From contig NC_058369.1 of assembly GCF_018350175.1 (NCBI RefSeq), forward strand, positions 28,522,001 through 28,586,000: a DNA stretch of 64,000 nucleotides. Direction: 5' to 3'. Under the pieces are notes generated by a model. It saw only the letters and a program-made list of their open reading frames with translations, had not been told where the DNA came from and ran no database searches. Numbering within the stretch: the stretch's first letter is position 1; every line of letters begins with the position of its first letter. This document shows positions 50,610-63,152 of this stretch, in pieces. The DNA comes from Felis catus (lineage: Eukaryota). A program made the position numbers and the translations under genes.

Positions 50610-50830
50610 TTTTTTAATTTTTTTAAGTTTATTTATTTATTTTGAGAGAGAGTGAGCTCAAGAATGCATAGGAGGGGCAGAGAGAGAGGGGAGAGACAGA
50701 ATCCCAAGTAGGCTCTGCACTGCCAGCATGGAGCCCGACGCGAGGCTCGAACCCATGAACCCTGAGATCATGACCTGAGCCGAAATCGAGAATTCGACGC
50801 TTAACCCCATTCTTGAGCCACCCAGCACCC
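50610..50830 (-). mobile_element. CanSINE in the left arm of the hAT element
   Basis: Ends gagccacccagcaccc; TSD about tcaatgtagtat / tcaatgaaatat. Confidence 0.93.
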
Positions 50831-50923
50831 TCAATGAAATATTTTTAAAAATCAAAATTAGCGCAAAAAACTCACAGCGAACAAAACATCGAAATTTTAA
50901 ACAAAGATGAATGCTGGGGCACC

Positions 50924-51870
50924 TTTTAACTTGATAAATGAGCAACGTCTTGCAATATGAGTAGTACATGACACCAAATGGCACATGATCACAACTGAGC
51001 CAGTGGTTCCTCTCTCTCTCTCTCTCTCTGTCTCGGAAGCATTGAGGTGATCATCTCCCGTGCTCGGATGCTAGATCTCAGGCCACGGTGTTGAGCAGAA
51101 AGCAGTCACTTTTCAGAACGTTGGAAGGTGCCCATAACTGACACTAGTATATTTTTTGTCACTTCAAAGCACCTATGACAGTCCATTGCTTTTCCAAACA
51201 AGAGTCAGCTTAGGAATGCTTTGTTTCATTCTAGGTCAGGCTGCCTGCAGTCATAGACCCTTTCCTCTGCTGCCTTATTGCCAGTTACATTAAATACAGT
51301 ATATGACAAGAGTTTATTAAGAATGTACTGTAGTCAACATCCATCAGTGATAGCAAAATTCATCCTACACAATAACCTTCCTCTCTCTCTTGTCTCACTC
51401 ACACCAGCCATAAAGGTTTTCAAAGGTGAGTACAGGTTAATTTGTTTATTTTTCTTTATATTTTGTATTTTATTATTTTGTATTCTATTACAGTATTATA
51501 GTCATTTTTATATGAATATTTCTGGGTCATGGAACGAATCATCTGACTTTCCATTATTTCTTTTTAAGTTTCTTTTTCAATGTTTTATTTATTTTGAGAG
51601 ACAGAGCATGAGCAGGGGAGAGCAGAGAGAGAGAGGGAGACACAGAGACACAGATTCTGAAGCAGGCTCCAGGCTCTGAACTGTCAGCATAGACACCAAC
51701 ACGGGGCTCAAACCCACGAACCCGGAGATCATGACCCAAGCTGAAGTCAGATGCTTAACTGACTGAGCCACCCAGATGCCCCTCCAAGGAAATTTGTCTT
51801 AATACACAAGTGCTCTGGATTACAAGCATGTTTCTGGAATGAATTATGCTCACAAACCAAAGTTTTACCC
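50924..51870 (+). mobile_element. Longer Tigger-type non-autonomous element, left TIR lost
   Basis: Both ends align with 30568-30736; right TIR ccaaagttttaccc followed by TA. Confidence 0.8.
51561..51782 (-). mobile_element. CanSINE in the Tigger-type element
   Basis: T tail, GA tract, ends gagccacccagatgcccc. Confidence 0.94.
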
Positions 51871-52140
51871 TATAATGAAATCACAAAACCAGAATTTATT
51901 ATAATTTCAATTTTCTGGGTTTATTAGATACAAAGTCAATAATATTTCCAATATTTACTTCCTTATCTTGTTTTTGATGGGCAAAATCACCATGTTTGAT
52001 GTTTTCTCATCAACCACTGATAATCTTAAATAGTTTAAAATTAATTAACTTCACTAATTTAATGAATTTCATTTTTCTTTGGCCTCCAACTGCAATATGG
52101 GTCGGCATTGGAATGGTCTTTATTTAAAATATTTATTTTT

Positions 52141-52360
52141 GGGGTGCCTGGGTGGCTCAGTCAGTTAGGCATCCGACTTTGGCTTAGGTCATGATCTCAC
52201 AGTTTGTGAGTTCAAGCCCCGTGTTAGGCTCTGTGCTGACAGCTCAGAGCTTGGAGCCTGCTTCCGATTCTATGTCTCCCTTTCTCTCTGCTCCTCCCTT
52301 GCTCATACCCTCTCTTTCCTTCAAAAAAAAAAATAAATAAATAAACATTTAAAACAATTT
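52141..52360 (+). mobile_element. CanSINE in the right arm of the hAT element
   Basis: ggggtgcctgggtggctcag head; TSD tatttattttt. Confidence 0.95.
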
Positions 52361-52764
52361 TCTTAAGTATTTATTTTTGTTCATCAAGGATTTTTATTTG
52401 CATTTGCTTGATTTTTTAAAAAAATGTTGAATTAAAATATGTTTTCCTGATCACTGAGTATTTTGGCACTCTCTTACTTTGTGCATTGTCTGTTCCATTC
52501 GAGTCAAAGTTGAAGCTATAGCCATTTTACACAAATAATAACAAAAATGACTCTAAATGTGGAAAGGAGCAAAAGATATATTAAATGAAGGAAGTATGTT
52601 GCAGAATAATATGTAAGTACGGATTCATTTGCACTTAATTTTTTTTAAGTAACTCAGTCATTATACATCAAATCTATATGTTTAGTAAAGGGTAAAGAAT
52701 GCAGTCATTGAGACAAGAGGTTCTTAATCATAATGCTACATACAGTGCCCAAATAACATGTTGT

Positions 52765-53000
52765 TGTGTTTTTTTAATGTTTACTTATTTATTTTGAGAG
52801 AGAGCGAGAGCGAGAGCGAGAGAGAGAGAGAGAGAGATGAACAGGGGAGGGGAAGGGAGAGGGTGAGAGAGAGAATTCCAAGCAAGCTCCACACTGTCAG
52901 TGCAGAACTGGATGCAGGGCTTGATCTCACAAACTGAGATTATGACCTGAGCCTAAATCAAGAATCGGACACATAACCTACTGAGCCACCCAGGCACCCA
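52765..53000 (-). mobile_element. CanSINE, probably inside a hAT-Charlie MITE (~52712-53258)
   Basis: TSD taacatgtt; host has gaggttcttaa...tgagaaccact inverted ends. Confidence 0.9.
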
Positions 53001-53325
53001 GTAACATGTTAACTAATAACAAGTATTACTCTTTGCTAACGTTTGATATCTCTGAATGATTATCCCTACAGTAATACGATTCTCATTCACTTGTAGCTAG
53101 ATAACATTTTTTTTTTCCTTTGAGAGGGAGAGAAAGTGGTGGGGTTATAGCACACGTACTAGAAACTATCAACAACCATCATAGGTTCAAGGAACCTCAT
53201 GGGCATCTCAACAACAATAAGTATCATGGTGAAAAACAGACTGAGAACCACTTGTCTAGGCAGTAATTAGTTCCTATTACATAGGCTAAGATATGTAGTA
53301 AGCACTTTTTTGTTGTTGTTGTTAT

Positions 53326-53865
53326 TGTTGGGGAGCAAGAATGCCTCACTCCCTTCACAAGGGGGAGGAACTCCTGTCTCCTTCAGGGTCCTTTTAGCTG
53401 GACTAAGAATCAAATCAACATGAGACAGATTAACAGGAGAAAATCAAATTTAATAGGCATACATATGGGAAATCCACATAGACATGGAAATTCCAAAGGC
53501 AGGAAAAATGAGGGTTATATGTCATTGTGAACTAAGGAGAAGCGGACAGGGGTCTGGAATTTCAGAGGAAAGGGATACAGTTCACAGGGTAATAAGAAGA
53601 ACAGATGTTTGGTAATTAGATGTTTGCTCTCTCATACAGATGGGTCACTCAGGTAAAATGTATCTCTGTTAATAACCCTTATTCTGGGAAAGTCGTCCAA
53701 TTTAGATTCTTCTGTGTGGTTAAGGGAAGTACAAAGTTTCTCTTGAGCCTATAGGGTCTCAAGAGCCTATAGGGTGTCAAGCTCAAAATAATCCACGTGG
53801 CAAAGTGGCACATTCTGGGTTGGTGAGGGGGTGGGGGGGAGACACTGTACTGAACCCTTTCAACA
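53326..53865 (-). mobile_element. ERV1-class solo LTR (MER34-like)
   Basis: Inverted ends tgttg...caaca; gagacagattaacaggagaaaa; gctcaaaataatcc; internal tandem gagcctatagggt x2. Confidence 0.82.
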
Positions 53866-53934
53866 TGCTTGGGGGATTTGGGGGTCCTACTCAGTATCCT
53901 CCTCTTTTCAGTAATTATGATGTTTTTGTTTGCT

Positions 53935-54342
53935 TTTTTAGCCAAACTTACGGAGGTCTAATTTTATAATGGTAAAATTTACACCTTTTAATTTAACTTC
54001 TATGAATTTTAACAAACATGTATACTACTATAACCAACACCACAATCAACATATAAAGCATTTCCATCCCCCTCCAGAGTTACCTCATGCATCAGCTGTA
54101 GTCAAGTCTTCACCCTATTCTACAGCTCCTGGCAGCCCTTAATTTGTTTTCTGTCCCTATAAATTTGGCTATGCCCAGAAACATCATATACGTGAAATCA
54201 TAACCCTTTGGTGCTGGCTTCTTTCACTTAGTGGAAAGCATATGGAATTTATCCATTTGTTGCATGTATCAGTAATTTATTCCTTTTTCTTACTGAGTGT
54301 CACTCTATTGTATGGATGTACCACAGTTTATTTATCCATGGT
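53935..54342 (-). mobile_element. Old L1MB-like 3'UTR fragment
   Basis: tctatgaattttaacaaacatg...ctggcttctttcacttag...attgtatggatgtaccacagtttatttatcca. Confidence 0.78.
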
Positions 54343-54369
54343 AATAAGATTTTGATTTTGATTTGGCAA

Positions 54370-54818
54370 ATCACCCTGACTCCACTCTCAGGTAATGTGG
54401 TTTATAAAAGGCTGATGCAACTCTACTTCGCATAGTATCCGTACCCAGACCTAATCAACCAGTATATTCCCATCACTCTGACCATAGGAATGAGTTCAGA
54501 GGTGGGCACACGGTCCAATTTGATCTAATGATATCCAACACAAGGAAATTAACAGAACTATTAGTAACAAGAAGTTACGACATGGAATCATGGGGAAAAG
54601 ATATTAAGCTGGTATTTCTGGTGGCCATCCTGACCCACGGGGGAGTTCCCAACTTAAAGACAAGGCGAATGGAAAGCAAAGTACAACCAACTGGGTGAGA
54701 CAAATTCCCACCTAGTCTGAGTACTTGGTACAGCCATGCCTAAAGACCTGTCCCTAGACTTGGCAGTTTTATGAGCCAATAAATTCGTCTAACTTAAGTC
54801 AATTTAGATTCTGTTCTT
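54370..54818 (+). mobile_element. Old MaLR LTR (MLT1K/L-like)
   Basis: cagccatgcctaaag...cagttttatgagccaataaattc. Confidence 0.6.
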
Positions 54819-54821
54819 GCT

Positions 54822-55022
54822 TTTTTTTTTTTTTTTTTTTAGAGAGAGAGAGAAAGAGCCTGGGTGGGGGAGAGGGGCGGAGGGAGGGAGAGACAGAATC
54901 TCAAGCAGGCTCCAGGCTCAATGTGGAGACCAACATGGGCTTAATTCCATGACACCCTGGGATCATGACCTGAGCCAAAATCAAGAGTCAGATGCTCAAC
55001 TGAATGAGCCACCCAGGTGCCT
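54822..55022 (-). mobile_element. CanSINE
   Basis: T tail; TSD tctgttcttg / tctattcttg. Confidence 0.94.
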
Positions 55023-55467
55023 CTCTATTCTTGACCCTTGAGAAAGAAATCTTTCATATTCCACCCATCAACGAGCTTATAAGAGAGTTTTAAAAATAAG
55101 ACATAAGCATAATTCACATCAGATGTCCCAGCTTCACCAGTTTACTACTTCATTAGTACACGGTCTTAAGGATTCTCCTTACTCCTATAAACCTTTACTT
55201 CCTCAATTCTAAAATAGAGAAAATCATTTCTTACTTATTCTACAATATTATTTTAAAAATTAAAAAAAGACTATGTTGGTTGAAATGCAAAAATATTATG
55301 ATTATTATACATACAAAATAATTTGTACACAAAAATATAGTAGGTGACAATGATAATGAGAGAAAATTATGAGGCATTATAGGAAGCAGTGAACAGTAAC
55401 CACGACTAGTGACATTTATTGAGTGCATGCTTTGTGTTAGGAATTGTAATTTATATACATCAAGCAC

Positions 55468-55471
<4 letters not shown>

Positions 55472-55511
<40 letters not shown>
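55472..55511 (+). repeat. (CA)n within a minus-strand MIR (~55405-55660)
   Basis: Read directly; MIR motifs acatttattgagtgc and cattttagatgagg. Confidence 0.9.
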
Positions 55512-55515
<4 letters not shown>

Positions 55516-56484
55516 AAGTATTTATACACATTATCTCATTTATCATTCTCAATAACACTAAAGGAACTTTAAACCTTCATTTTAGATGAGGCTTACAGAA
55601 CATAAAACATATACTAAGTTAAAATAACAACTGGTAGAAACAAAATAAAAACTCAGCCCTGAGCCAGAAAGGCCAATGTGTACCTCAAAGTGAACGTCTT
55701 TGCATGAAGTGTTTGCATGAAGCATACACTCTGTAGAGACAATTAAGTTATAAAAACCATGATCCTACAATTAAGTGAGCCATACCGTTGCCTTATACAT
55801 AACTGTGCATGTTGTATTGGACACATTAAGACATAGAAAGTCTAGTCATATAAGATTATCACATGGTAATAAGCGAAGTTGCACTATATTTCTAAACATC
55901 TGGATTTCTTAGCCAATTCCACACATTAAGTCAGCTATTTGGTGTCATAAACACATGGCAAAAATCCATTAGGGAAAAATAATTGTACATCTGGCACCAA
56001 GATGGCTCTAAGAGTTAGACTACTTTTAAGGAGGAATTCAGGTTTGGTTTTTTTCTATCCTATATTCTCTAAAGGATAAATACCCAAAACAGAATTGTTT
56101 ACAAAGTAACCAGGATCGAGTAGGTAAAGAGGAAACAAGGATGAATGAGACGTTCCCTCTTCAAAAGCAGAGCCTTCCCCTCAGGATACCAGGCACTTGT
56201 AATTACTTATACCTGACAACCTGGCCTATAAACCAAAAGAGTGTCACTTGTTTGTCCTTCCATTTCCACTTTTCTAGCTTTGGTGCTCATCAGATTCTCC
56301 AGAGAATGCCCAATTTTTAAGCCACTCAACATTTCTATCTAGAACTTCATTTACTCATTCAGTCTTTCAGTTACTCAATGATGATTTTTATTTGCTGAGC
56401 CTTCGGCTAAAGATCCAAGGCCCCCAATATCAAAGCAAAGTCAAAAAACAGATGGATGCTAGGATAAAACATTTATGATATATT

Positions 56485-56700
56485 GGGGCACCTGGGTGGC
56501 TCAGTTGGTTAAGAGTCCGACTTTGGCTCAGGTCATGATCTCACAGTATGTGGGTTTGAGCCCTGCGTTGGGCTCTGTGATGACAGCTCGGAGCCTGGAG
56601 CCCATTTCGAATTCTATGTCTCCCTCTCCCTCTGCCCCTCCCCAACTCATGCTCTGTCTCTCATTCTCTCTGTCAAAAATAAACATTAAAAAGATTTTTT
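56485..56700 (+). mobile_element. CanSINE
   Basis: TSD aacatttatgatata / aacatttacaatata. Confidence 0.95.
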
Positions 56701-57301
56701 TGAACATTTACAATATATAATTACAGATCCAGTGTCAATCACCCTAATATAATATGTATATTCTTAAAAGTTGAAAAGAAATATGGGTTCAAAACTGAGT
56801 TTTTAGTATGAGCAAAATAAAAAGACAGTTCACAGAAGAGGATATAGAAATGGCTATTAAAAATATAAAGACATGCTTAACTGTTCTTATAATAAGAGGA
56901 AACAAGTTAAAACCACAGTGAGAATTTTGACAACTGTACTGTACTATCATAGCCGATTATCTGTAGGAGGCACTGGGTGAGAAGTATGTGAGAACTCCTC
57001 GTACTACCTCACAACTTCTCTGTTAATCTAAAACTATTCTAAAACTTAAAAAGCTTAAAGACAAATACACTGATACACACTTCTTACCGACCAGTTTCAC
57101 AGAAGTTCAAAGCTTATAGACATGGAAGAGTATGGGGAAAGGGTCCCTCTCATGCATTGGTAGAGAGAGTACAAAAGGGCATACAACCTGAATGGAAGGA
57201 AATTTGTTATCAGTTAAGGAAACTATGTTATCTATTTACTTTTGTATCTATTTACCTACATATCTATATATTTTCATACATGCAATGTCAGTTATAGCAT
57301 T

Positions 57302-57503
57302 TTGTTGTTGTTGTTGTGTTGTTTTTGTTTTTTTTTTTTTTTTTTGAAGAAAGTCTAGAGAGAGGAAAGACAGAATCCCAAGCAGGTTCTGCACTGTTCA
57401 ACACAGAGTCTGTGTAGGGCTCGAATTCACAAACCATGAGATCATGACCTGAGCCAAAGTCAAGAGTCAGACGCTCAACTGACCAAGCCACCCAAGCACC
57501 CCC
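57302..57503 (-). mobile_element. CanSINE
   Basis: T tail; ends aagccacccaagcacccc. Confidence 0.92.
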
Positions 57504-58402
57504 ACTTATGGAATTTCACTCTGAACATACACCTTCCAACATATGACAAAATAGGTACAAGGTTATTCACCACGGCATTATTTCCAATAACAAAATACTG
57601 GGTAACTGAACCATCCATAGGGACAACCTTGGTATGTCACTCAAAGGTGTACCAATCAACTGTAGTAAGAAATGAGGGGGACTTTATAAAATGATATGAA
57701 ATAATTGCCAGGATAAAAAAGGAAGGTGAGAAAAAGTACATGTAATATGCTAACTTCCGCATAAGAAAGAATATTAAGTATATGTGTATATGTATGGGTT
57801 TGATAGTTTTTGTGATAAACCCATGAGAGATAAACCAGAAATGAAAATGTTTACTATGCAGGATGGGTACAGATTGGAAGGATAAAAACAAAATAGGAAT
57901 TCCTTGAACAACTTTTTATCTTGTTTTGATTTTTGGACCATATAAAGTCCTATACATACAAAATAGAAAACAGAAAAAAAAATTATAAAACAAAAAGTAC
58001 ACTTGCATACAAACAAAAAAATAAATAGAATGAATGGCATATCATATTGCTAAAAATAATCACAGAAGACAAAAATGAATTCAAATAACTTTTGGGTCTG
58101 GCATTATGAACGTCTGTCTGTAGTGGAATATTAGGACAAAAATGAGTACAAATAAATCCTGAACTTTACTTAGTAGATTGGTCGTTGGAAGTGGTATCGA
58201 TGTAGTCATTCTGCAACTATTTTCTGTGTGTTATACAATAGAGAAAATGGATCAATACATTGGGCTCTCACCGTGGAATAAAGAAGATAAAAAGGTAGAA
58301 TGAGGGAAGAATCCTGTGATGTTGGATTTGAATTGTTGAATTTCAGATTATTAGTATATATATAGTATATATGTAATTATCCACAATAATCTGCAATTCA
58401 AC

Positions 58403-58528
58403 TATATATATATATACATGTATATATACATGTATATATGTATATATATACATGTGTATATACATATCTACATGTATATATATACATATATACATGTATA
58501 TATACATGTATAGATAGATAGACAGATA
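58403..58528. repeat. Alternating purine-pyrimidine (TA)n/TACATGTA compound repeat
   Basis: Read directly. Confidence 0.92.
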
Positions 58529-59974
58529 GTAGCAAAGAGACCACCTAGTAACCTAAGTTTCATTTCTAAATTCCATTCCCCACTAAAGGAAGCCAAGCAG
58601 AGCTCTTTGAAGAAATGACTTATTCTTGATCAGGAGTAGGGAAAATATAAGGTAAGCCTAAAATATCTTATTTTGCCCAAGGGCATACTAAAAAACTGAT
58701 GTCCTTTCATGTCAAAGGGACATAAAAACTAGTTTACAGGGGATCCTACTGGCTAAAATGAAGATAATTGGAAACTCATAAAAGAATAAGAAGTTATTTA
58801 TAGAGTTACATTGTTTTGTGGGACTTCCTTGAGCTATATACGTAAGTTTTGTGCATTTTTCTATAGGTTTGCTATACTTCAATACAAAGATTATAGTGAC
58901 TTTTAAAAAGAAATAGCTATGATACGAGCAGCAAAGGAAACACATTTTATTCTAGCTGAAAGAAGGACCATACTATGAATAAATTGTTCCAACTATTACG
59001 ATAATTATTCAATTCTACTATGGACGTGGCAGGGAGGGTGAGGAGCTCTTTGGTTACCAAGGAAGGTCAGCTAATAAATTTATAAGAATAATACAGTAAC
59101 AAAAACACTATTAGGCAAGATTCATCAATGGATGATAAAACCAATGGGTGAAACGTTCTTAAGAAACAGGATATTCACTCAATCTCAGAGTATTACCACA
59201 CAGATTGCTTACTAATTACAAAGCAAACCACAAATCTCAAAAAGCCACACCTAAAATCCAAAAATGGAGGGATCTGGAGAAAATCACTTAATCAAGTGAT
59301 CAAACAGCACCACCAAAAATTGAACAAACCAACTAGTGCCTCTGATATGATTCAATATGAACTATACAATATTAACTAGGTAGTATGTTGGCCAAAAATG
59401 TTGAGGCTAAATCTAATCATCAGGAAACAACTGGACAGATCTACATGGCATGGCATTCCACATGACACTGCCTTAGAACCATCAGAAATGTCAACTCGTG
59501 AAAGGCAGGGAACTATTCTAGATTAAAAGAGTCTAAACACATGCACTAACTAAGTTAAATGTGTAAGCCTTTATCTAATTTTTAAAAAAATAAAAATAAG
59601 AAAAAAGATATTATAATGTACAAGGGACCTTAATGGGGACATTTGAATATATTTGGTAACAAAACAATGTTAAATTTGTTAGATGTGATAATGGTATTAT
59701 TATATACATACTGATCTCAAGAGATAGAAGGTTAAATGCCAGGAAATACGATGAATGCAAATGTTTTTTTGAAAGGTATATAAATGAGAAAAAGAAAGCA
59801 AATGAACAATTATGACAATATGTTAATAACAATTCTTGCACATTGTATTTGGATAACTACTGTTCTCTACTCCCAACTTTTAAAAAATTTTAATATTTTC
59901 AAAATAAAACTTGGGGAAGGGACAGAAATAATTGGGATAGAGTGTAAAAAAAATAAATCAAAGACAGCCAGTAT

Positions 59975-60200
59975 TTTTTAAATGCCCACTATGTGTCAGG
60001 CCCTATTCAGAGGAGATTGCAATAATAATTCATTTAATCCTCATAATTCTATGTGATTGATACTAATAATATCTCCATTGTATAGATGAGAAAGTTGGGT
60101 CCAATAGAGGTAAAATACCTTGACTGAGCTAGCATTCACAGTAGTTAGGATTTGAACCTAAGAAATTTAGATTCAAAGTTCATTATCACAGCCATACTCT
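59975..60200 (-). mobile_element. MIR
   Basis: actatgtgtcaggc...tcatttaatcctcataa...tatagatgagaaa...ggatttgaaccta. Confidence 0.8.
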
Positions 60201-60763
60201 CCTGCCCTTCAAAAGTAGTGAATTGGATTACTGCAACACACTTATCAAATAATACAAAATAATCAGATTGGTAGAACCACCATATTAATCATATGAGCCT
60301 AATGATTAATATGCATCTGATTATCTCCTATGTGCCCAAAACAGAATTCTGGAGGATTCAGCTTGTTATGATTAGTCCTATTTCCTGTGCTGGAAAATAA
60401 AATCAGTAATAACAGGAGGCCAACAAATAGCCTGAAGTGAGGAGGGAGGTTGATTTTTGTAAATACAACATGCAAAAATAGTATGGGCAGGTATAGGTGT
60501 TATTTTTAAAATAGAGAATATAGGAAAAATCAAAGGATCAATATTTACATTTCCTAGATTTCCAGATTAAAGAAAAAGGAGCAAAACTACAGGTGCTTTG
60601 AGATTTGGATTGTGTTAATGCCATTATAAAATGGTCCATTTCTTTAGTTGGGAGCCACAGAAGATCCTGACGGAGCAGAAATTGCAGCATTGGTCAATTA
60701 ATCAGTGTCTCTCGCGATAGCTCAACAGGGTGCCCTCTTTAACTCAACAGACAAGCAGCTCAC

Positions 60764-60772
60764 CAACAGTAT
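60764..60772 (-). other. Candidate 9-nt microexon (ATACTGTTG)
   Basis: Minus strand: long pyrimidine-rich tract ...tgtgactttcctcttttttag|ATACTGTTG|gtgagc in unique sequence; TGCATG downstream at 60469-60474. Confidence 0.3.
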
Positions 60773-61222
60773 CTAAAAAAGAGGAAAGTCACAGAATGAC
60801 AAAAGTAGACATGAAAAGCTACAGAGCAAAGAGACTAAAACAGACAAAGGCAGCCGTGCTATGAAAGAAAGTGAGAAGTGGAAAGGGAAATGTCAGGAAT
60901 CAAAGGTTAAAAAAGAAAAGATCAGGATTTTTTAAAAAAGATATAGAAGTATCTTACGAAAGAAAAGGGACCAGTGAGGAGATAAAAATCATGACCAGAG
61001 TTGAAGCCTGAAAACACAAGGCAGGAGACAGAGGGAAGCAGTGAGAGCAGAGCCCTTCACTCCACCCCTCATTTACTCATTTGGTTCACACCTACAATGT
61101 AGGAAGAAGGTACTCTGCCGAGCTTTGAGGGACCCTTGCCCTCAAAGAGCCCAGATGCTCAGTGTTGCAAGTTCCTATTTTTCTAATGTAATTTTAATTA
61201 TTGCTGCCACACTTTAGTTAAT

Positions 61223-61623
61223 TGTGATGGTTAATGTGTTAAGTTGACTGGGACACAGGGTGCCTAGATTATAACACTATTACCGGATGTATCTGTGAAT
61301 GTGTTTCAGAATGAGATTAGCATCTGAGTCAGAGGACTCAGTGAAGCAGATGGCCCTCCCCAGTGTGGGTGGGCATCATTCAATCCCCTGATGGCCTGAA
61401 TAGAACAAACAGACAGAGGAAGAGAGAATTCGTGCTCTCTGCCTGGCTGTTGCGCTGTGATGTCAGTCTTCTCCTGCCCTCTACTGTGACTTACACCATC
61501 AGTCGTACAGTTCTTGGAACTATACCACTGGCTTTCCTGGGTCTCTGGCCTGCAAATGGCAGATTATGCAACTTCTCAGCCTCCATAACCACACGAACCA
61601 ATTCATTATAGTAAATCATATAG

Positions 61624-61669
<46 letters not shown>

Positions 61670-61703
61670 TGGATTTGTTTCTCTGGAGAACATGTCTAAT
61701 ACA
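61223..61703 (+). mobile_element. Complete ERVL solo LTR (MLT2-type) with internal (TA)n
   Basis: tgtgatggttaat...ctctggagaacatgtctaataca; 5-bp TSD ttaat/ctaat; (TA)n at 61627-61666. Confidence 0.92.
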
Positions 61704-62826
61704 CTAATATTCTCATACTCAACACATACTTCCAAAAATTATAGCAATTACATCATCTATAAAAAAGGGTACTTTTTAATGGCAGTTGATGTACTGAGTA
61801 AGTTTGTTATGAAAAGGACACATGTTTATATTTCTGATACATTGATAGTATAAAAAAGCATCATCACCTGGTGCTTTTTATGGATAGATATTTTCAACAT
61901 TGGATACAGCATACTTCATATCACACCTCCCCCCCCCCCCCACCACCACCTTTTCTTTTCATCATCCTACTCCAGGGAGGTGAACATTAACAGAGAACAA
62001 GGTACTCTAAACAAAGAGGAAAGACGGATAATGAGTTTAGGGACCAGGTTTTCATTTGCTTTGTAATGTCCCATAAGATTCCAATGACAAAAAGCAGTAA
62101 TGACCAAAGGAATGAGTATTTGTCATATGGTATCTGAGAGTGAATTCCAGGCTAAATGAAGATACAGTAAGGGAGAGCCTCCCAACCAGATATACTTACT
62201 TAGTACCTCAAATATGAAAGACGCCTAACTGATACACAATTTGGAAAAAAACAGAAATTGACTCCCCAGAATGCCTCTGTGTATGATCTCAGCTCTTACT
62301 AAGGTCAACTGACTCCCTGAAAAGAGCTGAATTCAAGTCTGAATGGATGTTTTATACATTCAGTTTAGAACATCCTCCCTCCCTGTCCCCCCGATCTACA
62401 AGACAGACTGAAGAGGATGGAAGAGGACGTATTATTTTTACTGCTCAACATCTGATTCCTTTAGGGCACCCAACCCACTGTGGTTCTTCTGGGATCTCAA
62501 TCAAGGGGTCTCATCTCCTCTACCAGAGGCAGGAATGTGAGTCAAGCTAATCAATCAGTCTTTTTTAGGATCTGTATGAACCAGCTGAAAGAAAAAGAGG
62601 CTTCTGACATCTCGGGAAGTAAAATGCACATAAGTCTGAAAATGCTTTAGGATCATTTTCCCACCACAGGACTGAGACTAAAGGGGAAATTAATAGAGAA
62701 GAAATGGGCTGTGAGGTGGGGAGACAGCAGATGCAAAATTACCAAGAAGCTACTGAAACTTAGGTTTACAAGTCCCTTTCTAGCAATGTGGTTATTTGTA
62801 TTATTTTTATAAAGAAGGCTCTCCAA

Positions 62827-63152
62827 GGGGTGCCTGGGTGGTCCAAGTGGGTTAATTGTCCCATTTCAGCTCAGGTCATGATCTCATGGTTCATGAGCTC
62901 GAGCCCTGCTTTGGGCTTCGCACTAAAAGTATGGAGCCTGCATGGGACTTTCTCCCTCTCCCTCTCCCTCTCCCTGTGTGCCTTGTGGGATTCTCTCTCT
63001 CCCTCTCTCTCCCTCTCTCTTTGCCCCTCGCTCACTCAAGCCCTCTCTCTCTCTCAAAAATAAATAAAAATTAAATTAATTTAAATTAAATTAAATTAAT
63101 TTAAAAAATTAATTTAATTTAATTTAAATTAATTTAATTTAAAAAAAGAAAG
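62827..63152 (+). mobile_element. CanSINE with internal duplication and palindromic tail
   Basis: TSD aaagaaggctctccaa / aaagaaagctctccaa. Confidence 0.94.
63068..63140. repeat. Perfect AT-only inverted repeat, 35-bp arms, 3-nt loop
   Basis: 63068-63102 is the exact reverse complement of 63106-63140. Confidence 0.95.

Larger units (their letters stand above)
50493..52490. mobile_element. MER96B-like hAT element with long inverted arms and nested insertions
   Basis: Left arm ...ttaaaaatcaaaattagcgcaaaaaa...gaacaaaacatcgaaattttaaacaaaga; right arm tctttatttaaaat...tttgttcatc...ttgattttttaaa is its inverse. Confidence 0.72.
56720..59915 (+). mobile_element. Old L1MC/MD-like relic (ORF2 end and long 3'UTR)
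   Basis: gacagttcacagaagaggatatagaaatggc...aaaaccacagtgaga; aaatcctgaactttacttagtag; ends ttttcaaaataaaacttggg. Confidence 0.72.

Noticed and set aside
49768..53865. Provirus bounded by two same-strand MER34-like LTRs
   Set aside because: The LTRs are clearly divergent, and the interval holds DNA transposons and SINEs with no gag/pol/env or primer-binding site.
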